Assembly: GCA_051362555.1 (NCBI GenBank)
Contig: CM120646.1
Location: 13,392,001 to 13,456,000 of the forward strand
Source of the DNA: Lingula anatina
Taxonomy: Eukaryota; Animalia; Brachiopoda
DNA: 64,000 nt
Direction: 5' to 3'
Shown here: positions 1 to 10,880 of the stretch, one piece after another
Layout: each line of letters begins with the position of its first letter
Position numbering within the stretch: the stretch's first letter is position 1
The notes under the pieces: generated by a model
What the model saw: only the letters and a program-made list of their open reading frames with translations
Database searches by the model: none
What the model was told of the DNA's origin: nothing
Made by a program: the position numbers and the translations under genes

Positions 1-83
1 TAAACAGATTAATCAGGAGTGTTTCTTGTAGTTCTCGATATATCATTAAGAACTACAAGAAACACTCCTGATTAATCTGTTTA
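1..83. repeat. Perfect inverted repeat (35-bp arms, 13-nt loop)
   Basis: 1-35 taaacagattaatcaggagtgtttcttgtagttct is the exact reverse complement of 49-83. It may extend beyond the window edge. Confidence 0.9.
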
Positions 84-1364
84 CAGAGTATGTGTTTTAT
101 AATCGCTTGGATAAATGAAATTGCATTAGAGGATATATTAAAAATCGTTCACTAACTACTGGGGGTATACAGACAAACGGCGAAATAGACAAACCATCGA
201 CGATGAAATCATAACTTCTTGTTGGTGGAGGAAATAATAAATTCGCGAACAATTGACACAAACGCGAACTCTAGTACATTATTATTGAAGTAACACTTGA
301 AACAACGTGCGAAAAAAGCAGTTTAACTGTAAACTCGTGTGAAAATAGCAGTATGAGACAGGTAAGGGGTGTGTCATTTAACTGGCAACCCGTGGACAGT
401 GAATCGTAATTAGAAGATCCGATAAGATGGACCGTCCCAAGATAGAATGCTTCACTTTGATTTAAAACATGACCTGCTTACGTTAATTTTTAACTACAGT
501 ATAAAGAGCGGAGCGAGGATCTTATCAATAACATTAATATTTATGACCCAGAAGGGGCGGATGCAGGATTATTTGAAGGGGGGTCCGGAAGCAGACCATC
601 GCCCTCTTGGTGAAGGGTTCGGGGCCTGCGGAAGGGCCCCGAAAATTTTTTGGTGTTTTAGAGAGCAAACCAGCTCTTAATTTCAAACTTTCACTGTCAC
701 GATTGAAAGCCACCCAGTCCCTATACAGGCAAGCCTCCCCTTTAAGAGAGAGGAAGAACAATGAAAAACTAACCACTCAAATTCTGGGTTTATATCCTAT
801 AATTGTAACTTTCTCAATGGTTTTGGTCAAGTTCTGTATCTTGGTGATCAAGAGAAAATTGTTGAAATTTCCAGGATATATTATAAGTGTGGTATCGCTA
901 ATGGTATGAGTACCGCTCATGGTGTGCCCTTATCAAAGTACCTTCAGTAAATTGCCGTACTGGTAAAACAAAAGCAATCGGTCCCTACATGCTGTACGAT
1001 ATACGTACAGTAGCAGTACAAATTGCTAAATTGACCACAGCTGCTGTAGGTTGTCCTTCTGGGTATTTGCAGAAAATTCCTGATACATTACATACCGGTA
1101 TACTCAGTACAAATAAATAAATAGATAAATAAATAACCCCATGCCCCTTAGCGCGGCTTATGGTTACCCTCAACTACACGGTAGGGCCGCAGAATTAATT
1201 ATGTGCACTTTTCCGCACAGCATATTTAATTGTCATGATTTGTCCGAGACATTCACCTACTACTAGTATATCTGTGCATGTCAAAATCAATTCTGTTGAG
1301 GGAATAGCTTATGGTTCATTTTGATATATATATGACTGAGCACTATGATGCAGTGGGTGTACAT

Positions 1365-2678
1365 TTAGTGCCTGATACAGCACTGTCGCGAGTCTTCCTG
1401 ACAGTCTCCCCAGTGACATTTCTCACAGTTGACGTGGTCGTGGTTTTTAAGTCGTCTGGCAGCATTACCTGGGGCTCGTCCTGGCAACTGCCCGTCATAC
1501 TCCACCAGGTCTTCATATCTTAAATACAAATTATTTTATAATAAGCACAGATCGTGATCTAATGTCCGTGAAACTGAAGTGTGACAAGTGAGATTTCTTA
1601 TACCCCCTTTACACTGGACGGCGTCCTTTCTGCGTCCTTTCTGCGACCATGAAATTTGGCATCGCTGTGGTCTTAATAAGGAGGCACGAGCATTGATTTT
1701 GTATCAGAATGAATGCTCAATGATCGGCCAGTTGTCGGCACGTAAAGTATTATACTTCTTTAACTCTCAAATGGGGCCGTACTGCTGGACGCAGAAAGGA
1801 CGCCGTCCAGTGTAAAGGGGCCCTTACTGATTAACGATCAATGACGTCGTCACAAAAATTACATTGGCCGATTACGTCATATCTGTTTTTGACCAATCAG
1901 AGAAAAGGCAGCATCTCATCAATAATATATGTTTAAATATATGAATAAACAGACAAGATAAGATGATGACCTTTCCCAAGTCAGACCTTGAAACAATATC
2001 CCCCACCCCCAAATAAAAATACCTATGGTCGACATTTCTGCAATGAGGAGGCATACTGTAGATAGCGGGGTCAATGTTAGCTTGCCCGTGGTTTGAACTA
2101 GATTTAGTTTAATCAAAATGGTATAAAACGTCGAACGTAAAACGTAAAAGGTGCAGAGACGGGTCGAGCAGTGATTCGTAACTTGGGGTGGGGGTTTCTC
2201 GGGGAAATATCAATTTGGCATGAAAATCTCGAATAGAAAACATCGGATATTAAAAATTAACAAATAGATATACCCTGTACTGGGCAAAATGATAAATTAT
2301 AAGTGAAAGAGAAAGCATCAAAAACAGCATCAGAAACAACAACAAGAACAAGAACAGAATGATAAATAATAAATAAATAACGCTGAAAAATCACCTGTCT
2401 AGAACTAAGTCTATCATATCCTCCAGATCACTTCTGGAAAAGCTGGGAACAGCCTCGCCACCACAGATTTTATGCCTTTGTCCCCACCTTACAGGATTGG
2501 AAAGAAAAATAGCTAGTAAAATAGAGAAGTTATAATAATGGAGCACGACATTATATTTACGGATATATTATTATATCATTATTTCAATAATGGAATGCAC
2601 GGGCTTAATGGAAAAGTATTAATATCGGTAAAGTACTAACTTGGTCAAGTGTTAGCTGAATATCTATATATAACGTAG

Positions 2679-2721
<43 letters not shown>

Positions 2722-3299
2722 CGAGAGGCTAGAGCATGAATCGTAAACAAGATTCCGGTGTGGCAGGAATGGCAGTCCCAGAAATGGAAGTCTGAGGTCC
2801 AATACGATTAGTTCAGGTAAGGGTTACTCGGAGTATATGAGACGAATGTCACCCGTACAAAGTAATGGGGAACGGTCAACTGTTCTTCGAGGACTACTAT
2901 TCCTGTCACACTTGGGGCGCATTCCCATAGATTTTATATCGATCTATCCCCGTGGGGAGTCTCACTAGATTACTGTCAGATAATCCGGCTTAAATGTCCG
3001 TCCCCCCTACTACAAGCTGTAAGGGGGTTCACGCTATTTAGCGTGAACCCCCAGGTAGTTAGGTCGATCTAGTTTGATCGATCTAATATCTGGGAATGGG
3101 GTCTTGGTCTCTACCTTCTGCAGATGCGTTGACGCACGAGATCAATCCGTATCCAACACAAATCAGACGTCCACCGAACCCTGCATTCCTTACACGTCGC
3201 CCTTCCATAACCGTATACGTTTTGAAAACGAAATCTAGGGTCTATATCATTTGGATCCAGATTTCTGGCGTCCATTCTTTCTCTTATAATTTGAGCCAT
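1365..3299 (-). CDS. zf-3CxxC (RTP/ZAR1-like) zinc-finger protein, copy A, ~143 aa, 3 coding exons
   Basis: Exons 3299-3115, 2487-2395 and 1518-1365 join by GT-AG, phase 2/2 (432 nt). Protein: MAQIIRERMD...GYGRATCKECRVRWTSDLCWIRIDLVRQRICRRWGQRHKICGGEAVPSF...LKNHDHVNCEKCHWGDCQEDSRQCCIRH*. The pattern CxxC..W.S / Q.(H)xxC...P / H....CExC..G.C matches the zf-3CxxC domain. Confidence 0.85.
1598..1826. mobile_element. MITE (PIF/Harbinger-like) in intron 2 of zf-3CxxC copy A
   Basis: TIRs cccctttacactggacggcgtcctttctgcgtcc (~1604) and ggacgcagaaaggacgccgtccagtgtaaagggg (~1820), flanked by TTA (1598-1600) and TTA (1824-1826). Absent from the equivalent intron of copy B. Confidence 0.75.
2741..2885 (-). 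repeat. Dispersed repeat; diverged inverted copy at ~23790-23935
   Basis: acccgtacaaagtaatggggaacgg (2851) is the reverse complement of cctttccccattactttgtacaggt (23801), and the flanks also align loosely. Confidence 0.55.
2912..3107. mobile_element. MITE family copy 1 (intron 1 of zf-3CxxC copy A)
   Basis: High-identity reverse complement of 56870-57090 (e.g. gtctcactagattactgtcagataatccggcttaaatgtccgtccc). Imperfect termini cattccca...tgggaatg. Absent in copy B. Confidence 0.75.
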
Positions 3300-4030
3300 A
3301 CCAATATTCTACAAAATACAGATACTATTCATTGCACAAATCAGGTATCCTTCGCAAACGTGAATAATTTGTCAGGGTACCGATAAAACATTTACTGTGT
3401 AGGTCTTGATAGCTAAAATATAGTTCTGTGCTCTCCTAAAATAATACCTTGACAGGGTCACAAGATAAAACTACAATAATCTCATTCATATAGGTAACAG
3501 AACGTGACTTTTCTTCTCCATGTCCAAATTTTGTAATTTATTTAGTAGTTGGGTAAGTCTGAATTAAAAAGGTCTGATACCTAAAAAATAAGCATTAAAT
3601 GTTGAGGCAATCAGGGGTAGAAGTCAACATTCTCTGCCTTCACCTCCGAGTGCTTTCTCATAGAAAATGCCGTCTTCAGGGTAACGTGTAAAATGAATAA
3701 TAAAAACCTCAGCAACCTTGTTTCCTGAGTTCAACCCCTTTATCACCCCTCTAGTACCAGTAATAGACAAGCTACAGAAAAGTTATTGTTAATTTAAGTA
3801 TTATATTGAATATACCCACCTTAATACCAGTAATAGTCTGTGTGGTAAAGATACCAGTAGTCTGCCTGCGCCTCAATAATACAGGCGTCTGTCTATAGCA
3901 ACAACAGAAATTAAAACTGGTGATTTCCAGAAGGAGGGGGTTGAAAATATAGGCTATATAAAGTTATCATGAGTGTTTTCCCACTAATCAATCCTACATG
4001 CTAATCTGATGTAATCTGAACTGGGTGCAC

Positions 4031-4111
4031 TATATATATATTTGTGGTAATCACAATGCGCATGTGTAGCCACGATGGCGGGATTTTCACGACAAGTTTC
4101 GGTTTCGTTTC
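4031..4111 (-). promoter_or_regulatory. Putative immune-inducible promoter of zf-3CxxC copy A (ISRE, kB-like site, TATA)
   Basis: Minus strand reads GAAACGAAACCGAAACT at 4111-4095 (ISRE consensus GAAANNGAAA). GGGATTTTCA lies at 4080-4089 and a TATATATA run at 4031-4040. A donor aag|gtgggt at ~3820 and an acceptor ttttgtag at 3309-3310 give a non-coding first exon. Confidence 0.55.
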
Positions 4112-5684
4112 TAAATAAAGGTCTTTCAAAGAAGCCCAACCTGAATATCAGATAAGATTCGTTATGACCATATGCTTCGTCTCTCGTTTATCATGGCGGT
4201 ATTTGCCGAAACTTCGTGGGAAGGCACTCGTGCGATATTTGCGGTATCTACATACTAGTACCTAAGGTCTCCTTCTTGATATCAGCCTTATCGCAATAAA
4301 TAAATTAATTAATTAATAAATAAATGGGGATTTTTGAGGCGAGTTTATTGCCTTAATATACATGCGGAAACGTCTTTAATTTATCTCTGTTAGGTTGGAG
4401 GTAGGACCCTTTTTCGCAAAAAATAATCCCCGTTAGCATTTCCATTGAAGCATGATTTCACGCACTTGCTGATTATCTGATTTTTAATCAAAACACGATG
4501 CTAATACGTTATCTGGGAGACAAGGACATATCCGAATAATGACATGTTTTTGTGACATTAAAACGATTCTTTGTTAATTTATGCTCCTCTGTTGATTCTC
4601 TATGTTAAATAGATAATCGCTCTTTCTAATTGTTTTCTCATTCTTTTTATTTCACTGAAGATTATTACGTACAAGCATTATAGCACGCAACAAGACGAAA
4701 ATCTACTAAGGATTATAACAATAATACTAACAAAAATCCCCTAAACACACACACACAAACATATGCAAAAAAAAAAAAAAAAAATCGCACGACATAAACG
4801 CACGTTTTATACAGGGCATACATGTACAGGCTTATGCTGCCATCATGAACAGTGAACATCCGGTATAGCTCAGTGAATTATTCTACTTTAGGCTAATATA
4901 TCTTTCATATCAAACACCAGTGGTCGTTACAAATCGGAATATGTGTCATATAATAAGGTTAATGCAAAATTTATTTACAAAGACACACACACGCACACAC
5001 ACACACACTCGTGCACACACACACGTGTACACACATATTTAAAACAAAATACGCATATGAACGCTTTTCTATGGAGGAATGCACATTATTTTTTCAGAGT
5101 TAACAAACTGTCGTTAAGGTTACATTAAGCTTGTAATTAACAAAAAAAATGTGGTAGAAATTTTAGCAACTCGTCCCTAATGACCAAGGCACACCCAATC
5201 AATATCTATACCAACCCTCAATTTCTAGCTATTATTGTTACGAGTGAAATCCAGTCAGTCTCTCCATTACCAGAGAGTGACAACAGCTAGAAACGTACAT
5301 GTACCACTCAAAAACGTGTGTTCAGATCGCCTTGGTGATTAATTTATAAATTGCCGAAACTTCCAGGAAATGTTTTAAATGTACATGTAGTATAGCTAAA
5401 CCACTGCGTGCTACTAATGGAATACCAAACAAATTGCGATAAAAATGAACCAAACATATGATGCAGCTCTAAAAGTAAAATTAAAGGTAGCAATACAAAT
5501 CTGACTACACTGCTAAAGGGTGTAGTTCTGGATGTTTGTCTAAACTGCCAGATACACGCATTCAGTATACAATCACAATTGTATGATACAACTCTTTGGA
5601 ACGATTGGATAATACTCAGAGTCCGTTGGCTGGTGGTGCATTTTCATCTGTATGATTGATCACTATGATGCAGCGGATATGCAT

Positions 5685-6781
5685 TTAGTGCCTGATACAG
5701 CACTGTCGCGAGTTTTCCTGGCAGTCTCCCCAGTGACATTTCTCACAGTTGACGTGGTCGTGGTTCTTAAGTCGTCTCGCCTCGTTACCTGGGGCCTGTC
5801 CTGGCAACTGCCCGTCATACTCCACCAGGTCTTCATATCTTAAATGCAAATTATTATATAATGAGCACAGATCGTGATTTAATTTCTGTGACTTTAAATT
5901 GAGATAAATATTATTTAATTATCTTTATTCATCGACGACGTCGTCCCAAAATTATATTGACCCATGACTTCATATCTTTTTTTTTTTTTTTTTTTGCCAA
6001 ACAGAGAAAAGAGAACATGTCATCCATAAGATATGGATAATGGATAAACAGATAAGATACACTGCGCTTATTTCAGATTTTTTTTTCTGGATACTGTGTT
6101 CTAAAACGCAAATTATCTTTCCCAATTCAGACTTTAAAAACGTTTTATCTCCTCTAATAAAAGGACCTGGTGGCGATATTTCCTTTTGAAATGCACAGCC
6201 AGATACTGCAGCCTAATCGCCTGCTCAAGTATTTGCAGATCCATCAGTTAAAGTGGCATTAAGCATCGAATCTGCGTTTTGGGACGGGTCGAGCAGTGAT
6301 TCATTAGGAAGTGGATTTTTTTTCTCGGGGAGAACTCGATTTGGCACGAAAATTCCAAACAGAGTATCTTAGACATTTAAAATAAATAGATATTCTGATC
6401 AACAGATGAAATAAATATAGAAGAAAAATGTTAAATACAGTATTAAAAAAAACAACAACAACAATTTCCAAGAAAACATTAAGTACCTGTCCAGAACTAA
6501 GTCTATCATATACTCCAGAACACTTCTGGAAAACCTGGGAACAGCCTCGCCACCACAGACTTTATGCTTCTGTTTCCACCTTACAGAATTGGAAGGAAAA
6601 AAAACTTTTTAAAATAGTACATGTAAAACATTGGGGCACAATATTTTAGCAAACGGACCTTGCGTCCAATATTTGCATGTTTCTCTCTCTTTTATGGCGA
6701 TGCCACTTTCAGTAATGGAATGAACGTATTTAAATCTAATGGAATACCTGTACCGGTAGGTATTAATTGAATAGCCTGGGA

Positions 6782-6816
<35 letters not shown>

Positions 6817-7045
6817 GATAACATAAATTAGAGAGCATGTGTTGAAAACAAAGTATCTACCTTTTGTAGATGCGTTGACGCGAGAGATCGATCCCTATCC
6901 AGCACATGAAAGACGTCCACCGATTCCTGCATTCATTACACGTCGAAAATCCATAACCGTGTACGTTTTGAAAACGAAACCTAAGGTCTATATCATATGG
7001 ATCAAGGTTTCTCTCGAGCATCTTTTCTTTTACAATTTGAGCCAT
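5685..7045 (-). CDS. zf-3CxxC (RTP/ZAR1-like) zinc-finger protein, copy B, ~143 aa, 3 coding exons
   Basis: Exons 7045-6861, 6579-6487 and 5838-5685 have the same sizes (185/93/154 nt) and phases as copy A. Protein: MAQIVKEKML...GFSTCNECRNRWTSFMCW...RWKQKHKVCGGEAVPRF...HDHVNCEKCHWGDCQENSRQCCIRH*. Confidence 0.85.
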
Positions 7046-7866
7046 GTCGATATCCAATAAAGTAACATTTGATGCAAAATTCAAAATCCTTCCCACTGAA
7101 ACCTCAATAATTTGTCAGAGTTTTGATTGCACAATAAGACCTACACTGTACGTATGTTGTTTTGTGCTTTCTTTTCTGCGTGCGCAGTTTTGCGCAAGAG
7201 TAGGCCTAATCCCTTACAACAGCATCCATTGTTGTAGTAAGAATTAAAATATAAAATGCGGTGTTATGTACAAACTACACCTCTTTTAAAGCTTTGTTCT
7301 TATTAAAAGCTCGAAGTACAATGTGTACCTCTGCAGTCGGTCATACGCCCAGTTTGCACTGACAATGATCCAAAACTAGTAGGCCAGAGCTTTAAATATT
7401 AAAATTCGTTCAATATGGCGGAATGCATGCACTACCGAGTTCATTTTAAATGTGAATCTGTCACTTAACTTTGTCAAATTGTATCAAACATAAAATGGTC
7501 AATAACAAGTGACTCGGCGAATGAGGCGTTTACCCAGATGGCTACTTTATTGGTACCTGTATTTGTGGGTGCATGCTCAGACGATTTTAAGAGATACATG
7601 TATAAGATCAACTTATAATAATCGATGCTCATTGTGGTATAGGCCGCAGCGTTTACTTGGTTGACCCTTGTTCTCACACCGCCCCACACAGGTCTCCGGA
7701 AAGCAGAAGATTTTATCATTTACCTGTAAAAAATATAAAAAATAAGCAATCAACAGACTTAAGGAATATACGCTCTAAAGATTTAATTCCAGAGGAGTCA
7801 GAAATTAGTCGAAAAAATCCTTTTAGGTGTGAGAATAAGAAGATGGAGTGTCATGGGCGCGTGGCA

Positions 7867-7908
<42 letters not shown>

Positions 7909-8769
7909 AATGTATGTGTCTCCTGGCTTCTATTGTTACTCTGTCTTGAAGTTTGGAAAAAAAGTAAACAGCAAACATGCATCCTTTATCTATCTTCAAG
8001 TTATAAGCCAAGTTTAAAATGTTAATATTTGAAACATTTTTGAATGCACTCCCCTTTCCATCAGTAATTTCTCTTCAGTGGAGATATCAGTCTCAAAAAT
8101 TCAGATGTCTGCTATTTTCTACATTATAAGCCCGAGGGGGTGGGGGTGGGGGTTGGGTGGGGTGGGGGTGGGGTGGGGATTAGTGGGTGGAAAGAGCCGT
8201 TCTTTTGGCCGGAAATGTATGGCTCTGATTTATAATCAGTTACACTTCTGATAACCACTTCTGATATTATTTTGATAAATGATACACAATATATGCTCCC
8301 CTACCAAAAAATTGTCATCCTAATGCAATGCGTAAAGTGATTAAGAAAATCATGTCGTGTACATGTAGGTCAATGTTCAACTACTCACATCCCCAATTTA
8401 CACTATGATCGACTGCCTAGTTGCTATGTTATAGTAAGATAAAAACTATGGGTACCCTTGTCGCAATGATCATAATTGCGGTAGGGGTGACACTTATTTT
8501 GATAGGTGAGTATAGATCTGTGCACAGATCTTTGTTTTTCCCAAATATCATATCTTAGATATGATATCTGGAATTAAAACAAAAAACACTATTTATAACG
8601 GTTTACAGGTGTGATGTGACTGTGATAGAAGCAACAAGAACGAAGAAAATAAATAAATTAATAATTTAATAGCGAATAAATGGTTACAAAAATTGAATGA
8701 AAATAAAATTAAACCAAATCGAAATGGATCGCTGTCGGTTGGACTGCTATCGAGAGATACCACTGTCGT

Positions 8770-9160
8770 AAGCCGCCGGGATGACTGCTGGGTCGTGGGC
8801 AGATGAGTGGCGCAGGAGTCGAGTAGACCGATATCGAGCCGCCGGGGTGACCGTCGAGTCTTGGGCCGATGAGTGGAGCAGGAGTAGACCGCTGTCGAGC
8901 CACCGGGGTGACCGCGGAGTCGTGGGCCGGTGCGAGGCGCTGGAGAGAACCGCTGCTGTCGAGCCGCCGGGATGACCGCGGAGTCGTAGGCCGGTGCGAG
9001 GCGCTGGAGAGATCCGCTGCTGTCGAGCCGCCGGGGTGACCGCGGAGTCGTAGGCCGGTGCGAGGCGCTGGAGAGAACCGCTGCTGTCGAGCCGCCGGGG
9101 TGACCGCGGAGTCGTAGGCCGGTGCGAGGTGCTGGAGAGAACCTCTTCTGTCGAGCTGCC
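8770..9160. repeat. GC-rich minisatellite, ~6 units of 61-66 bp (four of 64 bp)
   Basis: Unit starts (gagccgccgggg..) at 8770, 8836, 8897, 8961, 9025 and 9089. Consensus gagccgccggggtgaccgcggagtcgtaggccggtgcgaggcgctggagagaaccgctgctgtc. Confidence 0.9.
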
Positions 9161-10640
9161 TGTCGTTGCTACAAGCTGTGGTCGTCGGAGTGTGTTGATG
9201 CCGCACTGCATTCCGCTGTAGAAAACGTCCAGCTTATATAGCAGCTGGACGCAAAAACTGCTCAGTTACGGTGTTGAATGCGTTCACTATTGGCAGAGTT
9301 CATTAAGTAGGGAAGTTGAGTAACTGTCGCTGACAGTGACCATAATTTAAATTGGAGATGTAACATTGGAGATGTCCCTTTTTAAAAGTGTATACACCGT
9401 ACAGTGTTGTTCTCTATTTCACCCTGCATCAACGAAAACATACAGGTTGCATCTTAAATTGTGAACAAATTACGCTTAAAAGCAAATCGTCATCTTTGCC
9501 CAAAATTCAAAGGGAAGTAAGCGTCCATAAAACATTTCGGGCGGAACCCCAGTCGGCTTGCCAGTATACCAGTGAACAATCTTGTGATACAATATGTCCT
9601 TCACTGAAATAAACTACAGCATCGTTTTAAAACATGGTTTAAATATATAGGATAAATATGTGACTACACAAAGGACGAGGTAAAACTACAAATTTGGTCG
9701 GAAGGAAGGCATTCCCCGCCCTGAATACCACAACACACAAACCATAAGGCGGCTCTGTCAATGTACCATAAATATATAATTACCGAGTAGTGAAAATTTT
9801 CATAAAGGAAAACCTAATCCGTTCGACCAAGCGCGTTTATTTCCGTCTTCCAGGTCTTATTGTATCAATAAAGTATGACTTATAAACTAGCTTGGAATCG
9901 GAACCACTGTGACTGTTAAGCAGGCAGACGTTAAGGGGCCCTTATGAAATGGCCACTCAACTCTAACAGTGATCACAGATTCCCCTATTCATACCATCCC
10001 TAAAATGAAGGAGACATGGGTAGGATAAGACCTTAGGAAACTATTCTTTGTAAAATTTACAAAAGAAAAATTGCCAGGTCCTAGATTGATAAGCATACCT
10101 CTACCTGCACAAGGGTCACAGATCGATGTTTTCGCTACATATTTACAGATATTTTTTTTAATTTCAAAGTAGTTCTCTATTGTGACTCTGTGATGAAAAC
10201 TTAGCGATAGTAACAGGGTTGGTCACTGTTTACCTAACTACTCAGGCAATGGCATTTGACAAGTCCCTGGCAAAACCCTGAAAGGTCCCTCTGACATCAG
10301 TCACGACAACTGATGGGGTAATTGCTCTGAATTTGCTTGCTCTACTGTGTGAAAGTTTTTGGAAATCCCTCCTAACCACGTGACACTTTTGTCAGACAAT
10401 CCCAGGCGCTACGCGGATTTTCTTGGTGTATGAAGACAAATTAAATGAATAACTTGCGGGCAGCAGTGTTTGGTTCCATTGGTACATGTAATTCGTGATA
10501 AAGCTTCAATAAGAATAAGTTGCCCACCTACAACCGACGCCATTACTTGACTGTTTGAGAGAATTACGTGTAGTCCGACAGTGTACAAATCCCAACTACT
10601 GAAATAAGGAAACGATTATAGGCAGCATGTTTTATACATG

Positions 10641-10677
<37 letters not shown>

Positions 10678-10880
10678 GTAAAGGGTTTACTGTGTAGAAA
10701 GGCAGTATTGATAATACTTCATCGATGCTGCTCTTCGTATCATTGGTCCAGCTAAACCTGTTAACCGGATATAGTGACACTGTTACTTATAAGTAGTATT
10801 TTGATGTCTCTGGTGGTTTATACGTATCTTGGTCTACGTAACAGTGAGATGGTTTAATGCACTTTTGCTACCGGTAAAAG

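Noticed and set aside
549-680. GC-rich patch with overlapping short ORFs (447-909)
   Set aside because: Looks like a common non-autonomous repeat end (ggggcggatgcaggatt...). No splice-consistent or recognisable protein.
7610-7725. Possible Cys-containing exon VNDKIFCFPETCVGRCENKGQPSKRCGLY on the minus strand
   Set aside because: It has an acceptor-like site but no identifiable upstream coding exon or family match. More likely UTR or chance.
8770-9160. CRISPR-like array, or real proteins from ORFs 8709-9206 and 8747-9211
   Set aside because: Units are contiguous with no unique spacers, there are no cas genes and the context is eukaryotic. The ORFs cycle through all three frames of a 64-bp unit, as expected of a GC-rich minisatellite.
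10250-10450. Possible LINE reverse-transcriptase remnant (PGKTLKGPSDISH...SEFA...LSDNPRR)
   Set aside because: Only a vague resemblance to the KAxGPDGI/DLRPISL region, with several stops. Not supportable without a profile search.
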